Positions 8,576 to 17,226 of a stretch of DNA of 31,989 bases are shown one piece after another. Source of the stretch: an uncultured Planctomycetales bacterium. Its GTDB lineage: Bacteria > Planctomycetota > Phycisphaerae > UBA1845 > JAFGLZ01. Each line of letters begins with the position of its first letter. Position 1 is the stretch's first letter. Location: the NCBI GenBank assembly GCA_964390905.1, contig CAYMLO010000119.1:1-31989 (forward strand). Reading direction: 5' to 3'. The notes under the pieces are model-generated. The model saw only the letters and a program-made list of their open reading frames with translations. It was not told the origin of the DNA and did no database searches. Made by a program: the position numbers and the translations under genes.

Positions 8576-9112
8576 CTACTCCGAGGGCGGCGTGGCGTCG
8601 CGCATCATGTACATGACCTTCCACTCGCCCTCCTGGCAGACCTCGTTGCGCTGATTCATCACCTTCACGTCGAACGTGACGATGCCCAGGCCGGGCTTGC
8701 TGGTGGTTCGCTTGCTGGCGATGGTCTGTATGACGTAGATGGTATCGCCGATGAAGACGGGGTTTCTGAAATCCCACGTCAGGCCGAGGAAGGCGACGAT
8801 CCGGTGCTGATCCGCCCCGGGCATGCGCGCCGCCAGCCCCGACGCGAGCGACAAGCCCAGCAGGCCGTGCGCGATCCGCTGACCGAAGGGGGTGATCTTG
8901 ACGAACTCGGCGTCGGTATGGATCACGTTGAAATCGCCGGACAGCCCCGCGAAGTTGACGATGTCCGTTTCGGTGACCGTCCGTGCCGGCGACGTCGTCT
9001 CATGCCCGACCGCGACGTCCTCGTAGTGAACACCATCTGAAACGTCCACGCGTTCGTCCTTTCCGTAAGTCAGGTCCGCCGGCCCAACGAGCCCTGGGTC
9101 GGGTAGGCTCAC
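8576..9112 (-). CDS. MaoC-like (R)-specific enoyl-CoA hydratase/dehydratase, hot-dog fold.
   Basis: FAGLSGDFNVIHTDAEFVK....GQRIAHGLLGLSL....GDTIYV is the MaoC dehydratase signature. 178 aa. The start codon is GTG at 9112 with no strong RBS, so the start is uncertain. Confidence 0.78.
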   Translation of the reverse strand: MSLPDPGLVGPADLTYGKDERVDVSDGVHYEDVAVGHETTSPARTVTETDIVNFAGLSGDFNVIHTDAEFVKITPFGQRIAHGLLGLSLASGLAARMPGADQHRIVAFLGLTWDFRNPVFIGDTIYVIQTIASKRTTSKPGLGIVTFDVKVMNQRNEVCQEGEWKVMYMMRDATPPSE

Positions 9113-9254
9113 ACGACGAATCGACTACCATACCCGTGTTGATAGGGGGTTTCAACGCACGCCGCCGTGTCCATGGGAGGTCTGTAGGTTCTCCAGGACG
9201 GATCGCTGCTCGGGTCAGCCGGCCACACCGAGGGAACCGGCTTGGCTCGCCACA

Positions 9255-10403
9255 TCACATCGTCCGCTTGACGATCTCTCGGGCGATGATGAGGCGCTGG
9301 ATCTCCGAGGTGCCGGCGCCGATGACGCCGAGCTTGGCGTCACGCATCATCCGCTCGACTTCGTATTCCTGCATGTACCCGTATCCGCCGTGAATCTGGA
9401 CGGCTTCGGAGGCGGCCCGCATGGCCGCCTCGGACGCGAACAGCTTGGCGTGCGACGCCTCGGCCGAGCAGCGGACCCCGCGATCACACAGGTCGGCGGC
9501 TTTGTAGGTGAGCATCCGAGCGGCCTCGAGTTCCATGCTCATGTTGGCCAGCTTCTCGGCGACCATCTCGAACATCACGATGGGCTGCCCGAACTGCTGC
9601 CGTTCCTTGGCGTAGGCGATCGACTTGTCGAGCGCCGCCTGGATCATGCCCACCCCCAACGCGCCGCCGACTGCCCGCTCGACGTCGAGCCCGCCGAGCA
9701 GGATCCCCAGCGCTTCGTTTTCGCCCTTCACCAGGTTCTCGGTGGGCACGCGGCAGTCTTTGAAGAACAGCTCGCCCGTCGGCGATCCGCGGACGCCCAT
9801 CTTGTGCAGCGGCTCGCCGACCGAGAATCCGGGAAAACACCGCTCGATGATGAAGAAGCTGATGCCGCGGGGGCCGGCCTCCTTGTCCGTCCGGGCGTAG
9901 ACCAGAAAGACGTCGGCCACCGGGGCGTTGGTGATGAACGTCTTGCTGCCGTTCAGGACGTACTCGTCCCCTTGCCGGACCGCCGAGGTGGTCAGAGACA
10001 GCACGTCCGACCCCGCGCCCGGCTCGGTCATGGCAAGAGACCCCAGCTTCTTGCCACTGGCCAGGTCGGGCAGGTACTTCTGCTTCTGCTCCTCCGAGCC
10101 ATTGCACGCGAGCGAATGGTTGACCAACACTGCGGACGCCAGGTACGACAACGCCGTGGAGGGGCAGGCGTACGTGACCTCCTCGGCGATCAGGCAGCAC
10201 GTCAGAACCGATTGGTCCGTCCCGCCGTACGCTTCCGGCACCAGCACGCCCATCAGGCCCAGCTCGCTCATTTTCTTGAACGTCTCGACCGGGAACCGCG
10301 ACTCGCGGTCGACCTCCGCGGCCAGCGGCGCGATCTCGTTCCTTGCAAACTTGCGGACCATGTTCTGGATGTCGCGCTGCTCGTCGGTCAGGCTGAAATC
10401 CAT
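9255..10403 (-). CDS. Acyl-CoA dehydrogenase (FAD-dependent).
   Basis: MDFSLTDEQRDIQNMVRKFARNEIAP....YGGYGYMQEYEVERMMRDAKLGVIGAGTSEIQRLIIAREI, canonical ACAD N- and C-terminal blocks. The track start at 10448 adds 15 residues. ATG at 10403 is preceded by GGAAGGAG, so it was chosen (382 aa). Confidence 0.9.
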   Translation of the reverse strand: MDFSLTDEQRDIQNMVRKFARNEIAPLAAEVDRESRFPVETFKKMSELGLMGVLVPEAYGGTDQSVLTCCLIAEEVTYACPSTALSYLASAVLVNHSLACNGSEEQKQKYLPDLASGKKLGSLAMTEPGAGSDVLSLTTSAVRQGDEYVLNGSKTFITNAPVADVFLVYARTDKEAGPRGISFFIIERCFPGFSVGEPLHKMGVRGSPTGELFFKDCRVPTENLVKGENEALGILLGGLDVERAVGGALGVGMIQAALDKSIAYAKERQQFGQPIVMFEMVAEKLANMSMELEAARMLTYKAADLCDRGVRCSAEASHAKLFASEAAMRAASEAVQIHGGYGYMQEYEVERMMRDAKLGVIGAGTSEIQRLIIAREIVKRTM

Positions 10404-10436
10404 GGGTGTTGCTCCTTCCTGCCCGCCGCGAGACGG

Positions 10437-10473
10437 TTGACGGGGCATTGCGTGGTGACGTGCGGAACGTCAA
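10437..10473. promoter_or_regulatory. Candidate operator in the divergent ACAD-operon / Gfo promoter region: TGACG half-sites (TTGACG, GTGACG) and an inverted CGTCAA.
   Basis: Seen in sequence: ttGACGgggcattgcgtgGTGACGtgcggaaCGTCAa. TGACG-N7-CGTCA is a 5-bp inverted repeat. It lies 35-70 nt upstream of the ACAD start on the minus strand. No regulator gene is adjacent. Confidence 0.2.
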
Positions 10474-10639
10474 GTGGAACCAGGGACGACCTTATCACGA
10501 GCCCGGTGGAGGGTCAATGAAGGTGGACGCTGTTGAAAAGCACAGAACGGGCCGTTACAACCGCCCTTGCCTTGGCCGTGCCGTCGGCCATGCCTTCGGG
10601 CACGGGCAACGTTTGGGTCGCAACAGGAGGAGATGACAA

Positions 10640-11686
10640 ATGGCTGCCGAACCCCTTCGTTTCGCTCTGATCGGTGCCGGCATGGTGTCGGACGCGCACG
10701 CCAGATCCCTTGGCGAACTGCCCGATGCCGAGTTGGTGGTGGTCTTCTCGCGGACCGAGGCCCGAGCGAAGGCGTTTGCGGACAAGTACGGCGTGGCGTT
10801 CTCGACGGACCTGAAAGACGTCTTCGGCCGATCCGACGTCGATGCGGTGATCATCACGACCGCGCCCTACAACCACGAGCCACACGCCGTCGCGGCGATG
10901 CGGGCGGGCAAGCACGCGCTGGTCGAGAAGCCGATGGCCGTCACCACGGCCGAGTGCGACCACATGATGCAGGTCGCCGACGAGACGAGCCGGACGCTCG
11001 GCGTGATCTTCCAGAGCCGGTTCAAGCGGGACGTCCTGCGGGTCAAGGAGATGGTCGACACGGGGAGGCTCGGCGACCTGTTGCACGTCAGCGGCTACGT
11101 CAAGTGGTATCGCCCGCAGAGCTACTACGAAGCCAACGACTGGCGGGGCAAGACCGCCACCGAAGGCGGTGGCGTGGTCTTCTCGCAGGCCGGCCACACG
11201 CTGGATCTGATGCGGTGGATCGGCGGGCCCGTCGAATGGGTGTTCACGAACATGGTGACCGCGCCCGTCCACGAGGGCATCGAGATCGAGAACCTGGGCA
11301 CGGTGACGATGCGGTTCGCCAACGGCGCGACCGGCGTGCTGGAGGCGGCGACCGCGCTGTACCCCGGCCTGCCGGAGACGTTGGCCGTGCACGGCTCGAA
11401 CGGCACGGTCGTGCTCGAGGCCGGCGACGTCGTCACGTGGGAGATCCAGGACGCCGCCCCCGAAGATGCAGAACCGCCGAAGGAGTCCGACGAGGGCAGC
11501 GGCACGGGCGCGTCGGACCCCATGGCGTTCCCGATTACCTGGCACAAGATGCAGATCGCTGACTTCATCGACGCCGTGCGGACCGGTCGGCCGACTCAGA
11601 TGGATGGGCATCAGGGACGGATGCTCAACGAGGTGTGCGAGGCCATCTACGAATCCGCCCGAACGCTCAGCGTGGTCAGGCTCTAG
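10640..11686 (+). CDS. Gfo/Idh/MocA family NAD(P)-dependent oxidoreductase.
   Basis: LRFALIGAGMVSDAHARSL (Rossmann GxGxxS). AVVITTAPYNHEPHAVAAMRAGKHALVEKP (EKP motif). Strong RBS AGGAGGAG 7 nt upstream of the ATG. 348 aa. Confidence 0.85.
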   Translation: MAAEPLRFALIGAGMVSDAHARSLGELPDAELVVVFSRTEARAKAFADKYGVAFSTDLKDVFGRSDVDAVIITTAPYNHEPHAVAAMRAGKHALVEKPMAVTTAECDHMMQVADETSRTLGVIFQSRFKRDVLRVKEMVDTGRLGDLLHVSGYVKWYRPQSYYEANDWRGKTATEGGGVVFSQAGHTLDLMRWIGGPVEWVFTNMVTAPVHEGIEIENLGTVTMRFANGATGVLEAATALYPGLPETLAVHGSNGTVVLEAGDVVTWEIQDAAPEDAEPPKESDEGSGTGASDPMAFPITWHKMQIADFIDAVRTGRPTQMDGHQGRMLNEVCEAIYESARTLSVVRL

Positions 11687-11738
11687 CGCGCGCCGTCCAC
11701 GAGCGATGCCACGGCGTTCCTGCGCATCCCTTGCTTAA

Positions 11739-11777
11739 CCCCCCGCGTGCGGCGGGGGAGTGGCCGCACGCGGCCAC
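11739..11777. terminator. Two consecutive GC-rich hairpins between convergent genes; probable bidirectional terminator.
   Basis: CCCCCGC-gtgcg-GCGGGGG (11740-11758) immediately followed by GTGGCCGC-ac-GCGGCCAC (11760-11777). Located 53 nt after the Gfo stop and about 115 nt after the stop of the minus-strand secreted-protein gene. No T-tract. Confidence 0.4.
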
Positions 11778-11892
11778 GCTAAACGCGGATCCCCTCACGT
11801 GTACCCCATCTATGCGTCTATGTCCGACTGCCAAACCGGTGCATGCCCTTGGTGGTGGAACGCCAAACAGATTGCCCTGCTTCTCTGATCCG

Positions 11893-13908
11893 CTACTTCA
11901 CCCGCTCGGGCTTCGCGAAGTCGCTGGTCATTTCGACCGGTAGGCGGAAGACGTCGCCGTCTTTGTTGCAGAAGTACAGCCGGGAGTCCGATGGCCGTCG
12001 GCCGTGCCCGTCGGCCCAGAAGGCGTAGAAGTCCGGGTGGGCGTGGACGGGTCGGCGGACGTAGGTGTGGTTGTACGCGCTGTCCTGGGTCATCTGGCGC
12101 GTCATCTTCCAGTGTCTGCCCTGGTCGCGGCTGACCCACATGGCCACCTCACCCCCCGGGTTGAAGGGCTGCGGCCCGGTCTGCGTCGGGCCGATGATCC
12201 GCCACGCGTTCTCGGCCTCGATATAGATCGACCCGGTGTCGTAGTTGTTGTCCGAGATGATGTCACCGCCTTGCACGTCCCATTCCGTGCCGGTCCACCG
12301 AGCGGTGGTCCAGGTTCGCGGCATGTTTTTCGGGCCGGACTCATAGCCCTTGCTCGTGACGTAGAGGATGATGGGGTGGCCCTTGGCGTCGAAGTTGATG
12401 TCTTTCAGATAGACATTGAGCCGCTTGCTTTCGTACTCGCAGGCCAGCGCCGGATTGTCGGCCTTGGACAGCATCAATTCGAGCGCCTGGCCCTGAACGC
12501 TCTTCCAGGTCTCCCCGAAGTCGTCTGATTCCATGTAGTAGAGGTTGGTCCGCCAGTTCAAGCCCTTGGTATCCGGATGGTAGTTGAAGGCGATGCCGAC
12601 CTTCTTGTCTTGGTAGCACCGGCTGATCTGGTAGTGGCCGCGGGCAATCCTCGAGAGGAACCGACGCTCGGACCAGTTCACCCCGTCCGGGCTGGTCATC
12701 ATGCAATTGGACCGGCCCTCGGTGTAGTGCGTGTGGATGAACAGGAACCCCCTGCCCGGCAGGTACCAGGGATGAGGATAGGAGTAGTTGCCCTCCCAGA
12801 CACATTCGAACTGATCGACGGCGTGCGGCTTGGTGCTTCTTGAGATGTAGGACGGCCGGCTGGTCCCGTGGCTGCTGGAGAAGATCCAGATCGTGCCCTT
12901 GTCGTCGACGCTGATGACGGGATTGTCGTGGGCGTCGCTGGTCTTCTTGTCCAGCAGGAGGGTCGGGCGGGGGACCTGGCCGGTCCTGTGGTCGTAGTAG
13001 GAGACCATGTGGACCAGCGCGGTGTTGCTGCCTTTCCTGGTTCCGCCGTAGGTGAAGAAGGTCTTGTCGGCCTGCTTGACGTACCAGGCATGGGGGATGT
13101 GCTTGGCGCAGTAGGTGCCCAGCCCGCCGCTGTACTTGTATTTGTACTCGTCGTTGGAGCGTTGGTTGTAGTACCAGATCCCGCGGTAGCCGTCGTCCTT
13201 TCGGTTCATGATCAAGGCCGCCTTCTTCGCACGCCTGGCTGTCAGCGTACCGGGCGCCTGACTGGCCCACGTCTGCCCGGCCAGCCCGGCCTGGGTCCAT
13301 CGCCCGGCCAGTCCCTTGTCGAGATCTCCGTTTTGCTTGCCGGCGGCGACGGCGGCAATCTCCTCGTCACACAACACGCGTCGCCAGAGTCGGACGTCGG
13401 CCAACCAGCCATTCACGAAGCGATCGCTCTCGTTCAGGGCGCCGATGAACAGATCTCCCGACGGAACGGTCATCTTGCCCGGCGCCTTGGTCGTGGCCGT
13501 CAGCTTGCCGTCCCGGTAGGCCTTAATCACCTTGCCGTCGTAGCTGCCGGCGTAGTGCACCCAGATGTTGGCCTTGGGGGACGGGGCGGTGGCATGGGCG
13601 TAGGCGGGATCCTGGTGCCCGACGAGCATCCGCACGTTCCCTTTGTACAGATAGAACGTAAAGACATTGTTCGCCCGACCGCAGTTCAAGAAGACCTGTG
13701 ATCCCCCAGCCGATCGCAGCTTGACCCAGGCCGAGACGGTGATGGCCTGCGGATTGAGGGCGACGGCCCTGGCGGGAACGTGGTAGGCCGTCCTGCCGTC
13801 AAACGCGACGCCGTCGGCTGGCGCCGCGAGTGCAGCCGCACACGATCCCATCACGGTTGCGCAGGCGAATAGAAGACGTGCCCACCATCGACTGCATCGA
13901 TCCCTCAT
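11893..13908 (-). CDS. Secreted protein with an N-terminal LamG / concanavalin-A-like lectin domain followed by a BNR_4-like beta-propeller; putative polysaccharide-active enzyme.
   Basis: Signal peptide MRDRCSRWWARLLFACATVMGSCAAALAAPA. The LamG pattern is SAWVKL...FIGAL...GWLADVRLWRRVL. The second domain is rich in aromatic and Gly residues (YYNQRSNDEYKYKYSGG...FSSSHGTS). The track start at 13968 is GTG and overlaps the upstream gene. ATG at 13908 gives the signal peptide directly. Confidence 0.6.
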   Translation of the reverse strand: MRDRCSRWWARLLFACATVMGSCAAALAAPADGVAFDGRTAYHVPARAVALNPQAITVSAWVKLRSAGGSQVFLNCGRANNVFTFYLYKGNVRMLVGHQDPAYAHATAPSPKANIWVHYAGSYDGKVIKAYRDGKLTATTKAPGKMTVPSGDLFIGALNESDRFVNGWLADVRLWRRVLCDEEIAAVAAGKQNGDLDKGLAGRWTQAGLAGQTWASQAPGTLTARRAKKAALIMNRKDDGYRGIWYYNQRSNDEYKYKYSGGLGTYCAKHIPHAWYVKQADKTFFTYGGTRKGSNTALVHMVSYYDHRTGQVPRPTLLLDKKTSDAHDNPVISVDDKGTIWIFSSSHGTSRPSYISRSTKPHAVDQFECVWEGNYSYPHPWYLPGRGFLFIHTHYTEGRSNCMMTSPDGVNWSERRFLSRIARGHYQISRCYQDKKVGIAFNYHPDTKGLNWRTNLYYMESDDFGETWKSVQGQALELMLSKADNPALACEYESKRLNVYLKDINFDAKGHPIILYVTSKGYESGPKNMPRTWTTARWTGTEWDVQGGDIISDNNYDTGSIYIEAENAWRIIGPTQTGPQPFNPGGEVAMWVSRDQGRHWKMTRQMTQDSAYNHTYVRRPVHAHPDFYAFWADGHGRRPSDSRLYFCNKDGDVFRLPVEMTSDFAKPERVK

Positions 13909-13931
13909 TGTGGTAGACCCCGTAGCTGAAC

Positions 13932-15869
13932 TCACTGCTTGCAGAACTTGTACCCCTCGATCCCCCACGGCGGGAGGTTGGTCGTGGTGATCTTGCTGGT
14001 GCTCTTTTTGCAGGGATGAACCTTGCCCGTTGCCGCGTCGATCCTGCCGACCTGATACGCACCCGTCATGCCGAGCACGTCCGGGTTCAGGCCTATCTCG
14101 GCCGTGCCCGCCTTCTGTCCCAGGTTCGCCACGATCAACAGATAGGTGTCCTTGCTCGCCTTGTACACCACGCTGTGGAACGCTGGCTCCGAGGACGTCG
14201 CGGCGACGACGTTCTGCCCGGGCGTGTTGAACACGGCGGCCCGCTCGACGTCGATCTGGGCCAGGACTCGCCAGTAGGGCAGGATGAAGTCGTAGAGTGC
14301 GTCATCGGGTGCGCAGCCGAACACCAGGCCTTTGGTGTGTCGGGCCTTGATTCCCAGGACCAGGTGCGGGTAGAGACCCCACGCAGCCATCTTCGCCATG
14401 CCCTCGGCGTTCCGGTACCTGGGAAGGTCCAGCATCCAGGGCATACACACCCCGCCGCCCAGCATGCCCTTGTACGCCGCCTCGTCCAGACCGGAGAGCA
14501 TCTTGCGGTCCGACCCGGTCTCGCCGGGCAAGTACGCATCGAAGCACAGATTGGCGAGCACGCCGGAATTGAACGAGCCCTGATGACCGATCAAGAACCC
14601 CTCGGGCCCGACGATGTCCCGGAGTTGTCTGGTGAACAGGAAGTAGGCCCGAGCGGGGACATGCGTGCCGGTCTTGGAGAAATGCGTGTCACCCAGTGGG
14701 GTCTCTGGTTTGTATCTATTGTCATGATAAGAGGTTGCGCCAGGTCCGTGCCAGTCGACGTAGATGCCGTCCCAGTTGCGCTTGCAGTACTTCTGGAAGA
14801 ATCGGGTCTTGAGGGCGTACGGCTCGACGCCGCGCATGTAGAGGCCGACGCGGAGCCCCTTGCGGTGCGCGTAGTCGATCATGCGAACCATGTCCTTGTG
14901 GTTCCGGACCACGGCGTAGTCTGCGTGGGGATAACCGTTGCTGCCGCGCTGCAGCATCCATTCGTGGTGGAGGATCAGCATCGTGGCGTGCCGGGCGACC
15001 ATCTTGTCGATCTGCTCGTTGCTGGGGTACCAGTCCTTCGTGTCGAGCCAGTTGACCCAATGGTAGACGCGCTGTCCGATGACATTGCTCTTGGGCTTGC
15101 CCGTGACGGCGGCGCCCAGGCCCAGCGCGATCCGGTTCTGGTATCGGAGCGGCGCGGCCAGGGCTGCGTCGCCCCCACCCAAGGTCCAGGTGACCCGTCC
15201 GTCCTTCTGCTGGAAGCCCACCGCTCCGCCGATGGCCTTCTTATGCTCGACGATCACCTCGATCTCGTTGGTGAAGCTCCGTGCGGGGTGCTTGCTCGTG
15301 CCGAAGGCCGCGCGGGCGGATGGGAATCCGCCGGTCTTGATGGACACGTTGCGGTCGCGGTACTTGGGACCCTTTCGGACCGCTTCAGACACGGCGAATG
15401 ACACGCTTGCGCAGGATAGGGCAAAGGGCTTGTCTTCCAGGCGGGCGTCCAGATCGATGAACACCGCACCCTCGGGATGGATCTCATAGGACAGAGCGAT
15501 CTGCCACGGACCTGCCGCGCCATCCGCGGTACGGGGTCTGCCCTGCACCGCGATGCTGACCTTCTCGGGCCTGCCCGACAGCTTGAGCAGCTTGGCCTCT
15601 GCGTCGTTGGCGAGGGCGTAGGTGCGGTCCTTGTCCTGCAGCTCGAGCCTGGGGAACGTGGTCTCGGGTGCTGTCAAGGCAGTGTTCCATCCGGATCCGT
15701 CGTGGAGCTGCAGTTTGGAGATCTCGCCTCCCCTTGCCAGATCGACCACGAGGACGAAGTGATCGCCGCGCACCTTGACGGCTCGCTCGTCCCGCTGGAC
15801 CGACAACCCGCCGCGCGCAGCAGGGGCAATCGCCATTACCGCGAACAGCAGCGCAACCGGTGTTTTCAT
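13932..15869 (-). CDS. Secreted hypothetical protein, 645 aa. Putative glycoside-hydrolase-like TIM-barrel protein; family not recognised.
   Basis: Signal peptide MKTPVALLFAVMAIAPAARG. Central region with alternating beta/alpha character and conserved acidic and aromatic residues (LILHHEWM, GLRVGLYMRG, DGIYVDWHG). Long ORF with coding-type GC3 bias. Function inferred only weakly. Confidence 0.55.
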   Translation of the reverse strand: MKTPVALLFAVMAIAPAARGGLSVQRDERAVKVRGDHFVLVVDLARGGEISKLQLHDGSGWNTALTAPETTFPRLELQDKDRTYALANDAEAKLLKLSGRPEKVSIAVQGRPRTADGAAGPWQIALSYEIHPEGAVFIDLDARLEDKPFALSCASVSFAVSEAVRKGPKYRDRNVSIKTGGFPSARAAFGTSKHPARSFTNEIEVIVEHKKAIGGAVGFQQKDGRVTWTLGGGDAALAAPLRYQNRIALGLGAAVTGKPKSNVIGQRVYHWVNWLDTKDWYPSNEQIDKMVARHATMLILHHEWMLQRGSNGYPHADYAVVRNHKDMVRMIDYAHRKGLRVGLYMRGVEPYALKTRFFQKYCKRNWDGIYVDWHGPGATSYHDNRYKPETPLGDTHFSKTGTHVPARAYFLFTRQLRDIVGPEGFLIGHQGSFNSGVLANLCFDAYLPGETGSDRKMLSGLDEAAYKGMLGGGVCMPWMLDLPRYRNAEGMAKMAAWGLYPHLVLGIKARHTKGLVFGCAPDDALYDFILPYWRVLAQIDVERAAVFNTPGQNVVAATSSEPAFHSVVYKASKDTYLLIVANLGQKAGTAEIGLNPDVLGMTGAYQVGRIDAATGKVHPCKKSTSKITTTNLPPWGIEGYKFCKQ

Positions 15870-16155
15870 TGGAAGCTCCTGAGATCAACCGCATGCCCGC
15901 GCGCCGAACGTGGCGCGCGAAGCCGACCCTTCCGTATTCGTGTCCGACGACTATACCCACGCTCGGGTCGAAGCGAAAGGCGACGCGGCGAGCGGATCCG
16001 CCGTGCTTACGGATGACCTCTCGCAGATCCCATGGCGCCCTTCTGGTAGACTGGTATGGCGCCCTGCGGCGGCTTGGCCGGCTGTGTCGGATCGGGCACC
16101 GCCGGAGGGCCTTGGCACGGTGAGTCCCGGGCGAGGCCGGGAGGCAGGTTGCCGC

Positions 16156-17226
16156 ATGAACACACAGACCCCCCAGCGCATGGGATTCGCCTGCGCCTAC
16201 ACGCCCCTCCCGATTATCGATGCGGCCGGCTTCGTGCCCTTTCGCGTGCTGCCCATGGGCGACGCTCCGGATCAGGCCGGATCGTTCTTGCACGACAACA
16301 TCTGTCCCCATGTCAAGCGGGTCCTCGACCGCGCGTTGGGCGGCGACGTGCCCGAACTGGCCGGCGTGGTCTTGATGAATAGCTGCGACGCGATGCGACG
16401 GGTGTCGGATGCCTGGGCGACGGCCCGACCGGCGGATCGGGTCATCACGCTCGACCTGCCCATCGCATGCGACGACACGTCCGTGGCCCACTTCAAAGCG
16501 GAACTCGCACGGCTGATGGAGCGCCTCTCGGAATGGTCGGGTCGTCCGGTGACGGTCGAGGAGGTCGTTCAGAGCGTTGATCGCTACAACGCGTTGGCAG
16601 CCGGGCTGGAGCGCCTCGCTGACTACGCAGCAGTGGGCGCTCTGTCCGGGGGGCACCGGGTCCTCCAGGAGATCTTTAACCGATCGGTGACCCGGTCGGT
16701 GGACGAATCCCTGACCGAACTGGACCGGTTGGCGGCCGGGCAAGGCGATTCTCAACAGACCGATCCGGGCGTGCCGGTGCTCTTGTTCGGCAACGTGCTG
16801 CCGGACCCGGAGGCGCTTGAACTGCTCGAGGCCTGTGGCTGCCGTGTCGTGGCCGATGACGTCTGCACGGGGTCGAGGCAACTGGTGTGCTACCAGCTCG
16901 ACGGCCAGGAGGACCCGTTGGCGCAGCTTGCCCATGCGATCCTGTCCAGGCCGGCGTGTGCGCGGACGCTCGTCAGCCCGCAGGCGGGACTCTTGGCCGG
17001 GCAGGTGGCGGCTCGGGCGAGAGAATGTGGAGCGAAGGGCGCGATCGCCCACGTGATGAAGTTCTGTGACCCCTATTTGGCCCGGCTACCGGCCATCCGA
17101 GACGCGCTTCGTGAGGCCGGCCTGCCCCTGCTCGTGCTGGAGGGTGACTGCACGCTGCGGTCGCTGGGTCAACACCGAACGCGGATCGAGGCCTTCGTCG
17201 AGATGCTGGGAGGGTCCCCGCCATGA
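16156..17226 (+). CDS. 2-hydroxyacyl-CoA dehydratase / benzoyl-CoA reductase family D-component subunit (HgdB/BcrB-like, PF06050).
   Basis: N-terminus MGFACAYTPLPIIDAAGFVPFRV (the family's CxYxPxEIIxAAG start). Conserved Cys ligands ICPH, MNSCDAMRR, KFCDPY. The track start at 15910 adds about 80 residues of low-complexity sequence. ATG at 16156 is preceded by GGGAGG, so it was chosen. Confidence 0.75.
   Translation: MNTQTPQRMGFACAYTPLPIIDAAGFVPFRVLPMGDAPDQAGSFLHDNICPHVKRVLDRALGGDVPELAGVVLMNSCDAMRRVSDAWATARPADRVITLDLPIACDDTSVAHFKAELARLMERLSEWSGRPVTVEEVVQSVDRYNALAAGLERLADYAAVGALSGGHRVLQEIFNRSVTRSVDESLTELDRLAAGQGDSQQTDPGVPVLLFGNVLPDPEALELLEACGCRVVADDVCTGSRQLVCYQLDGQEDPLAQLAHAILSRPACARTLVSPQAGLLAGQVAARARECGAKGAIAHVMKFCDPYLARLPAIRDALREAGLPLLVLEGDCTLRSLGQHRTRIEAFVEMLGGSPP

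Noticed and set aside
9484-10473. 329-aa same-strand ORF overlapping the ACAD gene in another frame.
   Set aside because: It is a shadow ORF with an Arg/Gly/Pro-rich composition. The ACAD frame carries all conserved blocks.
10514-11611. 365-aa minus-strand ORF antisense to the Gfo/Idh/MocA gene, plus the 10567-11562(+) alternative frame.
   Set aside because: It has no recognisable fold motifs and a composition typical of GC-rich antisense frames. The Rossmann/EKP-containing frame is clearly the real one.
12341-13300. 319-aa minus-strand alternative-frame ORF inside the LamG/propeller gene.
   Set aside because: It is in a different frame from the signal-peptide-bearing ORF and is Arg/Gln/Pro-rich low complexity.
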